The notes beneath the pieces were generated by a model. The model worked only from the letters and a program-made list of their open reading frames with translations, made no database searches and was not told the origin of the DNA. Positions 11,868 to 25,019 of a stretch of DNA of 64,000 bases are shown piece by piece. The DNA is from Malacoraja senta. Lineage: Eukaryota. Numbering within the stretch: position 1 is the stretch's first letter; every line of letters starts with the position of its first letter. The translations under genes and the position numbers were made by a program. Location of the stretch: assembly GCA_038087875.1 (NCBI GenBank), contig CM075988.1:10108001-10172000 (forward strand), read 5' to 3'.

Positions 11868-13141
11868 GAAGAGATCCATCTCTGAAACTTCTCACATGAC
11901 GCCTGACCTGCTGTGTATTTCCAGCATTTTCCGCCTTTATTATCAAAGTAGATGATGATTAGGATGGTGTAAACTGGATGGTGGAATGTGTGAAGGCAGA
12001 TTCAATAGTGAAACCGGTGAAATCATGGCTAATGGAATTCTGTAAGGTGGACTTTTCAAGATCCATTATGCAAATTCCATATGCTTTAAAGGGACCTATT
12101 TTGGAAATTGGAAATTAATAGGGGACCACATATACCAATAATATTGATGGCAAAACAGTTAATAAAATGGCATTTGTCCATGCATCTGCCAATCCAAATC
12201 CCCCTCAACAGTATCTACCTATCACTTCCCAGTTTATGTCCCACTCCCACCTCTTTTGTAGCTTTCTCCCCCTTACTACAATCAGTCTGTAGATGGGTCC
12301 CAACCCAAAATGTCACCTAACCATGTCCTCCTGAGATGCTGGCTGCACCATTGAGTTACTCTGGTACTTGGACATTTACCCCAAAATCCTGCATCTCTGC
12401 AATAAAAGTAGGGGTTACCTTGGTTTTGGATAAACTTATAGAATGTTAACATGTAGTAATCATAGTAAAAATATAGTAAAGATATATAATATCTTTATGC
12501 ATTGCCAGCAAGATCTCAGCTAGAGTATTTTATACAATTCTGGGCACCACAAATGGAAAAGATAGAAAGGGTTTCAGAAAGCAGTTGCCACAGATGTTGT
12601 ATTTTAAATTTGAACTTTTCTCTTGGAAACAGAGAAGATCACGATGTTTAAAATGATGAGTTTATGTTGAAGAGAGACCAAAACAACTGTGGAATTGGTC
12701 AATTTCTTGCTCCGACCTAACACTGCAAGCAATTGCAGAAAGTTGTAGACACAGCCCAGCCCATCACACAAAGCAGCCTCTCATCCTTCAACCCCATCTA
12801 CACTCCATGCTGCCTCGGATAGGCAGCCAACACAATAAAGTACCACTCACACCATGGTCACTTCTCCCCTCTCCTGTTGGGCAGAAAACACAAACGCTTG
12901 AAAGCACATACCACAAGGTTCAAGTGTAGGAAGGAACTGAAGATGCTGGTTTAAACCGAAGATAGACACAAAAAGCTGGAGTAACTCAGCGGGACAGGCA
13001 GCATCTCTGGAAACTCTTCCACTGTGTCACCCAAAGTGGTAATTAAAGCACTATCTGTTGTGCATGCCAATGAGATTTCACATGAACTTGACTGAGCAGG
13101 ACATGGAGGGATAAGGAATTAATGCAAGCAGGTGCTATTAC

Positions 13142-13985
13142 AGGGGGGGCGCTGTCCTGTGTGCGGCTGCCCAGCCAGCAGCTGTCTGTCCTTTCATCTT
13201 TATTTTTTATTTTAGTTAGTTAAGTGGTTTGTTTTGGAGGTCTAGACTTTTTTGTGTGGGGGGTGGGGGGTGGGGAAGGGGGAAACTACCTTTCAGGGTC
13301 CCTACCTGGCCGGAGAGGCAGCTTTTCTCCGGGCTGCAGCTTCGACCCGTCCTCGCGGCCTACCAGCGGGCCTGGAGCGGCGTTTCCTGTTGGGGACCGC
13401 CCAGAACCTCGGCTTCGGCGGCGGCACAGCGCTGGAGCGCTATCGCGGAGCGGGCGATGCCTTGCCCGGGTCGCCGCGCTGGAGCTCCGGTGAGCTGAGG
13501 ATCGCTGGAGAAAACATCGCGGAGCTGCGGGACTGTGGAGCGACCAGCTGCGGGCGGCGGCGCTGAACTTTACACCGGGAGCCTGGGATCTCTAGATGAG
13601 ATCGCCAGTTGTGGAGCTCCAACCGGCGCAGCCTTGTTGGCTTCGGAAGCCGCGGCCTCCAGTATGGAAGCGGCCGTTCCAGGGTTCCCAGGCCGCTGGG
13701 AGGACTCTCCCGACGCCGGAGCAATATCACCCGGCGAGAACGGCCTGGAACATCGGGCCTCCGTAGAGGCGACTGTGGAGGCCTCAATGGGCCCAACTAT
13801 GGGTGAACTGGGGTTGGGGACTGGACTTTGTGCCTTCCCTCATGGTGGGAGCCATTGTGGGGGGATGTTCTTTGTGTTAAGACTATCTTGGTGTTATGTT
13901 TGTATTCTCTTCTTTTGTGTGCTGCATAATGGCAAGAAGCATTTCACTTCACTACACCTGGGTGAATGTGACTAATAAAAAAGAA
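13142..13985 (+). mobile_element. GC-rich non-autonomous retroposon with a Rex1-like 3' tail
   Basis: Starts GGGGGGGCGCTG, has a CpG-rich core, and ends AAGCATTTCAC...ATGTGACTAATAAAAAA, which resembles the 3' tail of the Rex1 copy at ~2811-2870. Related copy at 1-450. Confidence 0.6.
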
Positions 13986-14719
13986 TACTTATACTTATTA
14001 ATATAGGGAGGTTTGATAGTTGACATAGAATGGTGGGTTAAAGGGGAAGCTTCCGTTCTGTACAAATCTGATTCCAAGATGGTGCCAGAGCAGGGTGATT
14101 TTTGCATATTCTTCCAAGAGAAAGATCTGTTACCATCCAATACAATCACACCTTACACATTTTCACACCTTACACTTCCTTATCTCTGTGTCTCCATCTC
14201 CTCTGAATCTCAGTCTGATGAAGTGTCTCGACCCCAAACGGCACCCATTCCTTCTCTCCAGAGATGCTGCCTGTCACGTTGAGTTACACCTGCTTTTTGC
14301 GTCTATCCACAAGATCAGACTCTTGAATGAACCTGTTAAAGATGAATTCCCAATCTTCCAACCTATCTTGTGGTGATCCTTGCACTTTTTTTTTATCTGC
14401 ACTCTCTCTGTGCTGTAACACTATATTTTGCTTTCTGATTATTTTCTCTTTTGCACTATCTGTTGTACTCATGTATGTTTTGATTGCACTCAGGTATGCC
14501 ATGATTTGTCTGAAAGGAATTCAACATTAAGTTTTCAGACTACATGCGACTATAATAGGCCAGATCTGGTACCAATACCATTAACCAGAGAACCAAATTC
14601 ATTGGCAAAAGATCCAGGGAGGATATGAAAAGCTATTTTCTTTATCAGATCATTGTGGGAACTAGATTCGTTTACCTGATTCCAAATGGAAGTTGCAGGT
14701 TCATGGAGGAAAATGGCAA

Positions 14720-15894
14720 TCCTTGCCTAGTAACTACAGACCTATTTCCAAACTGCCTTTCCTCTCAAAAGTCCTTCAAAATGTAATTCTAGACCAACTA
14801 ATGCCTTATGTACACCAAAATTCCATCTTGGAAAGTTTCCAATCAGCTTTCAGGGCCCACCACTGCACAGAATCTGCCTTGTTGAAGGTACACAACGACT
14901 TCCTTATCGCCATCGACTCCAGCGACTGTGCAATCCTGCTCCTTCTCGACCTCAGCGCAGCATTTGATACAGTGGACCATACCATCCTAATTGGTACGGG
15001 GTTGGTGTTGATGGCATTGCCATGAGCTGGTTCGTTTCCTACCTAAAAAACAGGAGTTTCTCTACCAACATAGGCAATTCTTTCTCTTCCCCAGCTAGCC
15101 TTTTCTGCGGGGTTCCACAAGGCTCCATCCTAGGCCCCATTCTCTTCTCTCTCAACATTCTCCCCCTCGGCCAAGTCATTCAAAGGCACGGCATTACTTT
15201 CCACTGCTATGCAGACGATACACAGCTCTACCTCCCCCTGAAACCCAACAACCGGTCTAATTTAAACAGCCTCATGCACTGCCTCGATGATTTAAAATGC
15301 TGGATGGCTCAGAACTTCCTCCAACATAACGAGAGCAAGTCTGAGGTCATCCTACTCGGCCCCTCCTACCCCATCAAAAGGATAACAGGCAGCCTTGGAA
15401 GCCTAACCTTCTTAGTCAAACCACTCGTCAAAAACCTTGGCATGATATTTGACTCTGCATTAAAGTTTGACAAGCAAGTCAACTCTGTGGTAAAAGCTCG
15501 TTTCTTCCAGCTTCGTACAATAGCTAAAATCAAATCATTCCTCAAAGTCGATGACCTTGAACAAATCATCCACACATTCACCTTTTCCCGCCTTGACTAC
15601 TGCAAATCCCTATACACTGGCATCAGCCAATCATCACTGTCCAGTCTGCAATTGGTCCAAAACACCGCAGCAAGACTTCTGATGGGTACCCGTAAAAGGG
15701 AACACATCACCCCGATCCTGGTCTCTCTCCACTGGCTCCCAGTACGGTATAGAGCCCCTCTGAGAAGGCGCTGTAAACAGTTTATGTATGTATTGTTAGG
15801 TCTGTCTACTGTTGTATGTATCAAATTAGTACCTGCACTGATGTGAAGCACTTTGGTCAACGTGAATTGTTTTTAAACGTGCTATACAAATACA

Positions 15895-15966
<72 letters not shown>
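14720..15966 (+). mobile_element. L2-clade LINE 3' fragment (RT pseudogene)
   Basis: NYRPISKLPFLSKVL, LLDLSAAFDTVDH, GVPQGSILGP, CYADDTQLY, SRLDYC and LHWLPV across two frames. 3' end GTGAAGCACTTTG...GTGCTATACAAATA followed by an (ATT)n tail. Confidence 0.9.
15899..15966. repeat. (ATT)n microsatellite forming the L2 tail
   Basis: About 22 uninterrupted ATT units directly after the L2 3' end. Confidence 0.95.
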
Positions 15967-15972
<6 letters not shown>

Positions 15973-15997
15973 AGGTAAACACAGAGCCAGAGATAAT

Positions 15998-16505
15998 ATT
16001 GAAAATAGGTGCAGGAGGAGGCCATTCGGCTCTTTGAGCCAGCACCGCCATTCTTTGTGATCGTGGCTGATCATCCACAATCAGTACCCCGTTCCTGCCT
16101 TCTCCCCATACCCCTTGATTCAGCTAGCCCCAAGAGTTCTGTCTAACTCCTTTTTAAATTCATCCAGTGAATTGGCCTCCACTGCCTTCTGTGGCAGGGA
16201 ATTCCACAAATACACAAAAGTTTTTTTATCATCTCAGTTTTAAATGGCCTCCCCTTTATTCTTAGACTGTGTCCCTGGTTCTGGACTCCCCCAACATTGG
16301 GATATTTTTTTCCTGCAGCTAACTTGTCCAGTCCTTTTATAATTTTATATGTTTCTCTAAGATCACCTCTCATCCTTCAAAATTCCAGTGAATACAAGCC
16401 CAGTCATTCCAATCTTTCCTCATATGACAGTCCCGCCATCCGGGGATTAACCCCGTGAACCTACGCTGCACTCCCTCAATAGCAAGGATGTCCTTCTTCA
16501 AATTA
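15998..16505 (-). mobile_element. CR1 LINE 3' fragment
   Basis: Peptides KDILAIEGVQRRFT, RGDLRETYKIIKGLD and GHSLRIKGRPFKTEM, plus the CR1 3' UTR. Confidence 0.85.
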
Positions 16506-17581
16506 AATGCTGCAGATGCTGGTTTACAAAAAAGACACAAAGTGCTGGAGTGATTCAATGAGTCTGGCAGCATCGCTGGAGAACATGGATAGGTGACGTT
16601 TCAGATCAGGTAACCCTGTCTGAAGAAGACTCCCGACCTGAAACATGACCTAAACACGAAGCTAAATGGCCTGTGTTTATATTTCTGCCAAGTCGTGAGA
16701 GAGATAAACTTCAAAGCCGAATCAAAATACTGCAGATGTAAGAAATCTGAAATGAAACATGGCACAGTGGACGTATTCAATGGTTGGTGCAGTGTCTATG
16801 AAGAAACAAAGGGAGCTAATTCTGCCTGACCTGCTGAATTATTCCAGCAGTTTGTGTCTTTTTTTTGTAAACCAGCATTTGTGCTTCCTTGTTTCTATGA
16901 GCCAATGGTTCTTGTTGATGCCCTCTCTGAGACAGGTTCTGGAGAACATTCTGCACTGGTGAAGGGCCATCAAGCTGAACAATAAGAGAAAATATCGGGT
17001 GAAAAACTCAGCAGGCCAGGCAGCATCTGGTGAAAGAGAAATAGATTAGAATAGTCAGGTTAAAGAGGCTTCAGCGGACGTGACTTTTAACTGTTTCATT
17101 ATCCACAGATGCTGCCTTACCTGCTGAGGATGTCGAACATGTTGTTTAAATTCACAAATGAGCCTTTCTCCCTTCAGATTAATGTCGATCATGCATCTAC
17201 TGTGAAAAAATGACCAACTCCGGAACAACCATTGCAAATCTCAGTCTCCAATAACATATAGAGCTGGAAAGAATGTAAAGAAGATTACAAAGATGTTGCC
17301 AGGACATGTAGGGCAGGCTAGGACTTTATTCCATGGAACAGAGGAAGATCGGGGTTGATCTTACAGAGGTTTATGGGATAATGAGGGGTATAGATAGGAT
17401 AAATGCCCAGTCTTTTACCCAGAGTAAGGGAGTCAAGGACGAGAGGGCAAAGGTTTAAGGTGAGGGGGAAAGATGTAATTGGAATCAGAGGGACAACGTT
17501 CTCACACAGAGGATGATGTGTATGGAACAAGCTGCCAGAGGAGGAAGTTAAGGCAAGTACTATAACAGGATTTAAAAGACA

Positions 17582-18765
17582 CTAGACCAAGTGGGACGCG
17601 TTGGGTCCCAGGTTCACACGGGAGGGCTGGTCCCCCAATGCAATATTCCACTTCTCCACAATTCAAATATTGGTGGCCAATGGGGGGGGGGTCTGGAGCA
17701 ATGGGTTTTGTGGGTCAAGTCAAGTCAAGCACAGTGAGTGCAGGGCCAACAATCCATTTCAATCCATTTCATGCCAAGTCAATCCATTTCTTGTCAAGTC
17801 AAGTCAAGTCATGCACAGGGCAGGCGGGGCCAGCCAACAATACAATCCATTTGCTTTCATTTCAGGTGAGACAAGGCAAAGTACAAGCCAAAGCCAAAGC
17901 AAAAGCAAAAGCACAGGGCAGACCAAATAACTCATTTCATTTCATTTCCATTTCCATTTCATTTTCAAGCACAAGGCAGGCCAAACAATTCATTTCATTT
18001 CATTAAGGGCTAACAAATCATTTATTGCAAGCACATTCAGGGTTAACAAATCACCATTCATTGCAAGCAAATTGCTGGCTAGCAAATCATTTATTGCAAG
18101 CACATTAAGGGTTAACAAATCATCATTCATTGCAAGCACATTGCTGGCTTACAAAACATTTATTGCAAGCACATTAAGGGTTAACAAATCACCATTCATT
18201 GCAAGCACATTGCTGGCTAACAAATCATTTATTGCAAGCACAATGCTGGCTAACAAATCATTTATTGCAAGCACATTAAGGGTTAACAAATCATCATTCA
18301 TTGCAAGCACATTTCTGGCTAACAAATCATTTATTGCAAGCACATAAAGGGTTAACCACATAAAGCACATAACCACATAAAGTACATAACCACATAAAGT
18401 ACATAAAACACAGTTCAGAAGACTCACAGCAGAATCAGAGTTGTGGCCTCTCCCTCATGATCTTTCAGTGTGACTGACTCACGTCCAGGCATCCGGGGTT
18501 TTATAGAACTGCCCAACCTGGAAGGGGCATTACCTTCATCACGGTGATTGACAGGTGAGAGGACCAATCAGCTGATCTCAAGGTTATTTAAACACTCATA
18601 ACATTTTTTATTTTTCATCGATGGGAAAAATCCTCAGGGCTGGCTCAGCGAAGGACTGTGAGTAACATGGCCAAAAATCACAGCGATACAGGGTAGCGTT
18701 TTTTTCTAAAATCAATATACAACGTAGACAGGACGTGGTCAAGATGAGACTTTTAATTATATAGA
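17582..18765 (-). mobile_element. Non-autonomous Helitron, copy 1
   Basis: The minus strand begins TCTATATAATTAAAAG and ends CTAG, with a subterminal hairpin TGGGAC-N7-GTCCCA. It sits between A and T with no TSD inside a CR1 fragment; removal restores TTTAAAAGACA|TTTTGGCAGGTACATGG. Confidence 0.85.
18010..18355. repeat. 30-33-bp minisatellite inside Helitron copy 1
   Basis: About 11 units of AACAAATCATTTATTGCAAGCACATT(GCTGGCT/AAGGGTT). Confidence 0.9.
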
Positions 18766-19299
18766 TTTTGGCAGGTACATGGACTGGAAAGGTTTGGAGG
18801 GATATTGGACAAATGTGGGCTGGTAGAGCAAGTGTAGGTGGAGTATATTGGTCAGCATTGGCAATTTGGGATAAAGGACCTGTTTCCACGATGTATAACT
18901 ATGGCTCTACCAGTCGTGATCTGAATACAATAGAATGCTGCTGCCATTGCAAACTGGTAGTGAGGAAACAGGTAGGATGGAACTGCAGATGCTGATTTAC
19001 ACCGAAGATAGACACAAAAAATGTTGGAGTAATAGGCAGGACAGGCGGGACAAGCAGCATTTCTGGATCGAAGGAATGGGTGATGTTTCAGTTCAAGACC
19101 CTTCTTCGGTATATGACACACTACTGGTGGCACCATGCATTAAATACCTTATTTCGCTATTTTGATAACATTAGGAATGTTTCTCCTCATATCTTGTCCA
19201 ATATGTAAGCCTCAGTCAGGTCACTGCACAATTACACTATATTTTCTTATTCAACATATCTGAAATATTAGTGTGCTCCACCATTCTTCTGTATTTCTT

Positions 19300-19562
19300 G
19301 TGTGTAGGAAGGAACTGCAGATGCTGGTTTAAAGCTGAACCATAGCTGGCACAATGAGGACATTATTTTAGTTGATATAGATTCAAAATGCTGGAGTAAC
19401 TCAGCGGGCCAGGCAGCATCTCTGGAGAGAAGGAATGAATGACGTTTCAACTCTGACTTCAACCTCTGAAGAAAGGTCTCAACCCGAAACATCACCCTTT
19501 CCTTCTTTCCTGAGATGCTGCCTGTCCCGCTGAGTTACTCCAGCAATTTGTGTCGATCTTTG
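19300..19562. mobile_element. Palindromic Penelope-derived element with an 11-bp TSD
   Basis: Inverted arms GCTGGAGTAACTCAGCGGG / CCCGCTGAGTTACTCCAGC. TSD CTGTATTTCTT at 19289-19299 and 19563-19573. Confidence 0.75.
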
Positions 19563-20732
19563 CTGTATTTCTTACTTTCGCAACAGTTATTAAATTTTCA
19601 AGTTACTTTATTGATGTCAACCACTTTGAGATGTTCTGACATTTTGAAAAAGGTGTCATACAGAGGAAAATCTTTCTTTCCTTTCCATGTGTGAACTTTT
19701 AACGTTTTTTTTCTGCCGCATGCACTATTGACCGACGGTTAAATAAATAAATAAATAGTTTTGGGAGGGGATTTGACATCTTGAATCCTGAATGTCATGA
19801 CCAGCACCTCAGAGGTGTTGCTCCACCAGCAGGCCCAATTGCTGCCCCTAAAACAATTCCCATCTCCCTGCGAGTTCAGTCCGTGAATGATGAACCCAGC
19901 CAAATCAATGTCAGCTGCTGCTTGCTGTGAGACTTGGCTCCGTGAGACACAGCCAGACTCATTTCAGCCCTGGATTCAAAGCGGCTTCAAAAGAGAAAGG
20001 GTTGTGGCCTCATCTGTCGGAATTGCATTCCCACTCCAATCCCAGAAGAGGTGGAACAGCGTTTGAATTCAGTAATCCAGAACTGATCTTGGTCATAAAA
20101 TTGATTGCACCTCAGATGTCCAACAGCCACAGCTACAGTAGCTGCGCTAACTTAAATTGAATTTCCAAGGCATGCCATGTATATTTGATAACGTTATTGT
20201 GCACTGCTTGTGTGTGCAGCTTCAGAGGTTAGAGTAAGCATTCATTGCATCCCATCTGTTTACATGTGCTGTGTGCAGTGTGAATGTAAGGAAGTTACTT
20301 GTTGTTGGTCCCCTGGAAACAGGGGGTTTGGTTTACCAGAGAATCTGTGGGTTGCATCGATCATTTCTGCCTGTTGCTTAAATAACCAGCAGTTCCTTTA
20401 AAATTTCCCATCTCCCCTTAAAATTATGCCCTTGAGTCTTTGACCTTTCCAACCTGCGGAAAAGTACATCTGACTGTCTACCCTATCCATGCTTCTCATC
20501 ATTTTATATACTTCCATCTAGTCGCCGCTCAGCCTCTTGTGTTCCATGAAATAGATATGATTATTTCATATATTGTTCTGGCTGGTCATAGGTCATCCAT
20601 CTGCATGAGAGTGAATAGAGGGCAATAAACAAGGGCAGGAGAGAGAGAAAGCCCTCAGTGTTGCACATGTGAGATGCAGTACACAGTAGTTGCAGAGAAC
20701 TCCTGTGTTTCCAAGGGAGCAAGAACAAGTAG

Positions 20733-20962
20733 ACAAAAATGCTGGAGAAACTCAGCGGATGAAGCAGCATCTATGGAGCGAATCTCTCGTTCTATCTTTC
20801 CTTCTATCTATCTTTCTATCTATCCTCTTCTAATAAATAAAAATTAAAAAAAAAAAAAAATCTTTCTATCTATCCTTCGCTCCATAGATGCTGCCTCACC
20901 CACTGAGTTTCTCCAGCATTTTTGTCTACCTTCGATTTTCCACCATCTGCAGTTCTTTCTTA
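20733..20962. mobile_element. Palindromic Penelope-derived element with a 15-bp TSD
   Basis: Inverted arms. TSD AGCAAGAACAAGTAG at 20718-20732 and 20963-20977. Confidence 0.75.
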
Positions 20963-22788
20963 AGCAAGAACAAGTAGTTGCATTAACGTCACACTACACT
21001 CCTTACTCTGCATGATAGAAAGCAACATGCGGGAAGCTCTAACTTTTTAAGTTGCACATACAGAATACTCAGAGAAACCCATGCAGTCACAGGGAGAACA
21101 TGCAGACTCCATACAGACAGCACCCATAGTCAGGGTCGAACCCAGGTTTCTGTCGCTGTAAGGCAGCAACTCTACCGCTGCACCACTGTACCGCCCTAAT
21201 CCCATCAAGCCCTTTCCCCTACTTAATTCTCTGTAGACTATTTTTTCTCACGTGCCCATTAACTTCTAATTTTTCCACCACCCACCTACATCAAAGGTAA
21301 TTTGAAGTGATCAATTAGCATATTGACCTGAATGTCGTTGAAGATAGACACAAAAAGATGGAGTCACTCAGCGGGTCAGGCAGCATCTCTGGAGAAAAAG
21401 AATAGGTGACATTTCGGGTCGAGACTCTTCCTCAGATCCCAAAACGTCACGTATTCCTTTTCTCCAGAGATGCTACCTGACTTGCTTAGTTACTCCAGCT
21501 TTTCATGGCTATCTTCGGTGTAAAACAGCATCTGCCATTCCTTCCTGCACTGAATGTCATTGAGATGTGGGAAGAAACCAAAACATTTGGAGAAGAACCA
21601 CGTGGTCACTAGGAGAACATGTCAACTCCACTCAGATAGCACCCAGGTCATGATCTTCCTGGACACTGGAGGCATGAGGCAGCACTTCTGCCTGTGGCAC
21701 CACTCTCTATACACCATTTTAAAGATTGCAGCATATGACTAATTATGTCTTGCAACACCATGTAAAGAAAAGCTTTTGAGAATGCTTTAATCTGTAGAAT
21801 GGCTTCCTGTTGTTATCTCTCTATGAAATAAAGAGCAGAGAGAGGATAACTGTCTCCCTCTAAGTTATTTTGTCTATTATAGCATTTTGTTACTTTAACT
21901 TACTGGTTATCCTCCAGTACTTTAGGCATCTGGCATTATCTGAAAATAAGAGGAAAGTGCTTTCCGTATTTGTGCAACACTTCTTCCTCAACCAATTCTA
22001 CTTTGATCACTTAATTGCTTTTCAATTCATTTGCAGGAGGTGGAAATTGCTGGACTGGCCCACACAATTTTTCATCACCAAATGCCCCATAACTGAAAGT
22101 TGTGTTGGACTATTTGAGAGGACAGTTCAGAACTAAGCACATTAGATGATCTAAAGTGAAATCAGCCCATGGCAGGTTTCCTTCACTGAAAGACATGATT
22201 TTACTCTTTACATAATATTGTTGCCAAATCTATCTACTTAGCAGTAATTGCTCTGTGAAAAAAATCAATATCTTGGCATGTTCTAAGAGTTGTCCAAAAG
22301 AAATGCTGAGTTATTTGGATACAGTTAGTTGCACTTGCCAGCAGAGCTGGACAGACCACACTATTGATGATAGACTGGAGAATGCTGTGAAATGTTAAGG
22401 TCAAAGAATATTAGTCTACTTGATGACCAACTACAGTACTTTTCATTGCTGACAATGAGATATATAGTAGAACCATACAATAACAAGTATTCAAGTGTGG
22501 AATAACTTGGGGTAGACTTTGTAAAATGTTCAACAAATAATCTACAGGAGGAACACAATGGATCGTGCAGAATCTGTGGAGGGAAATAGACAGTCGGCGT
22601 TTCAGGCTCGGACCCTTCATTCAAGCCCAGATAAAGGTCCCAACCTGAAACGTTCACTGTCCACTTCCATTCTCAGATGTTATTCAACTGCGTTTCACGC
22701 ACAGATTGTTTGTGGCTGTAGATTCCAGCATTGGCCGTCTTTTGTATCTCTCTTTTGTGTTAGGTGGAGTGCACTCCAGCAAGGTTTA

Positions 22789-23245
22789 TGAATGAATGAA
22801 TGAATACTTTATTGTCACGTGACAAATCACATTGAAATTCTTTGCATGCATACCCAAAATATGCAAATAGTACCAAACAAAGGATGCTGACAAAGTTAGC
22901 AGGTCCCCCTTTGTTCTTCCCCCCCTTCCATCTCCCCCTCCCCCTCCCTCGCGGTGGTCCCTCCGATGACGTCTCATCCAATGTTCTTCTTCCTCCCTCA
23001 CGGCTGTTCCCCCATGCCGGGTCCTCCTTTGTTCCTTCCCCTGGCAGCGGCGTCCTCATTCCCACGTGGTCCATCCTCATCTGTCGGTCGCCGCCGTCAT
23101 CGACCGCCGCACCTCTGGCCACCGGGTCCTCTCCCGACACTTCCGTGGCACTGACCCAGGCCCCAGCCACGGGCTACGTTGACCCAGACCCCAGCCACGG
23201 GCTCCGTTGACCCAGGGGCCGACCGTGGGCTCTGACCCGCGAGGG
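22789..23245 (-). mobile_element. Non-autonomous retroposon fragment with a Rex1-like tail and (TTCA)n end
   Basis: Minus-strand 3' end AAAGAATTTCAATGTG...GTGACAATAAAG followed by (TTCA)n. GC-rich body with GACCCAG...CCCCAGCCACGGGCT tandem units. Confidence 0.5.
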
Positions 23246-24194
23246 ATCAAAGCTAAGACACTAAGTGTTGGAGTAACTCAGTGGGTCAGGCAGCATCCCT
23301 AGAGATTAATCTTCCATGTTGGTCGGCGTGGGTAAGTTGTGCTGACGGGACTGTTTTCATGCTATATTACTATGATTCTCTAGCCTGTTCATGCCTTTTA
23401 AAGGTCTTTTGAACATTGTAATTGTACCTGACTCTGGCAGGTACTCTGACTATCACTTCCTCTGGCAGCTCGTTCCATATACTTGCTCTTAGTCCATTTT
23501 AAATATTTTCCTGTCTCACCTTATAACTTACTTCAGCCCCTAACCAGTCTAAAGAAGGGTCTCGACCCAAAACATTACCCATTCCTTCTCTCCAGAGATG
23601 CTGCCTGTTCCGCTGAGTTACTCCAGCTTTTTATGTCTATCTTTTTATGTCTTTTTATGTCTATCCTTCTTGCACATTCCCAAACAACAACTGGATGTAT
23701 CTACAAGATTCTCCCTGTCAACAGATATAGTGAGACATTCAATTTATTTCTAAAAGGTTATTGACCCCACTGGTTGAGTGTTTCAATGTTCTTCAATTGC
23801 TTAGAATATTTGTATTCTAATATCAGCTGCCAGTCATTTCTTGGCTGCGACATTGGTGTTATCGTTAAAGCAGCTACAATAATATGTCTGACCACTTTGC
23901 TGCACAACATGTGGTTAAAGTGCACTACACTGCAAGAGCAATTGACATCAGAACTCGATAGACCTGCTCAGAACATTTCCATTTTTTAAGCTCCAAAGCA
24001 GAAGAACGTTTAAGCAGTTTTCACGCTGCAATTTATTGTGCTTCAGGACAATTGTTGTGTCACATCAAAGAAAATCATTTCTTCACATCAACCAGGGGGG
24101 AAAAAGTGGCGTGTCAAGGAAACCCAGGCTGGAACTAATGGCGAGTAAGTGCTTTCAAAGATAACTACAGGCCAGGTGTTATGTTTGAGCCTGT

Positions 24195-24585
24195 TTGTTT
24201 CAGATTGCCATGTGTGTGCCAAAACATCATGTATGTTCCAGGATGCCATGTGTGTTCCAGACTACCATGTGGGTTCTATACTGACATGTATGTCCCAGAT
24301 TGTCATGTATGTTCCAGATTGTCATGTGTCTTCCAAACAACCATGTGTGTCCCTGACTAACATATGTCTTCTACACCATCAGGTCTTTTCCAAATTTAAC
24401 ATGTGTATTCTAGATGGACATGCATGACCCAGACTGCCATGTATGTTCCTAGACTTGCATGTGCATTCCAGACTAACAGGCATGTTCCAGTTTTCTTTGT
24501 GTATCCCGGACTGACATACGTGTTTCAAACAGTCACGCGTGCTCCAGATTGCCATGTGTGCCACGGACAGACATGCCTGTGCACC
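24195..24585. repeat. Degenerate ~20-bp minisatellite
   Basis: Recurring TTCCAGA(C/T)TG(C/T)CATGTGTG units at about 20-bp spacing. Confidence 0.75.
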
Positions 24586-25019
24586 GCAGTGTGGATGTAG
24601 AGAATCTGCTGGAAGTCACATACAGATACACCTAGACTCCCTATTATGTTGCCCCATAGTTCACTGAGTCAAGGAGGTAGTCATATTCCAAATCCAACCG
24701 CTTGGCTTTACTCACGGCTCAACTGTCACATGGAGCCAGACCCATCCACCTGAATGGATCAAACTTTTATTCCTAATGCTGTTGAGCTCAATTTTCATTC
24801 AATGTTTGTAAATTATTTTTTATTCAAATATATACTTTTTTAATCCATCTTAAACTACTAAAGTTGATTTTAACTATTCTGTGAACTCTAGTTGTCAAAG
24901 ATATTTGAAGTGAATGGAACGGGCCTTTGAAAACAAGTTCCTATGGCAGAGGAATTTGGGGATACATTGCCTTCAGGCCTAGTGTTCACTCCTAGCCCAC
25001 TATGGTTGGCTGTAGAACC

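Noticed and set aside
13224..13975. Overlapping GC-rich ORFs
   Set aside because: No recognisable domain. Open frames are expected at this GC content, and the region is a repeat with a relative at 1-450.
15816..16078. Poly-isoleucine ORFs on both strands
   Set aside because: They are translations of the (ATT)n L2 tail.
18010..18355. CRISPR-like array of ~30-bp repeats
   Set aside because: The units are head-to-tail with no unique spacers, there are no cas genes, and the array lies inside a Helitron in eukaryotic DNA.
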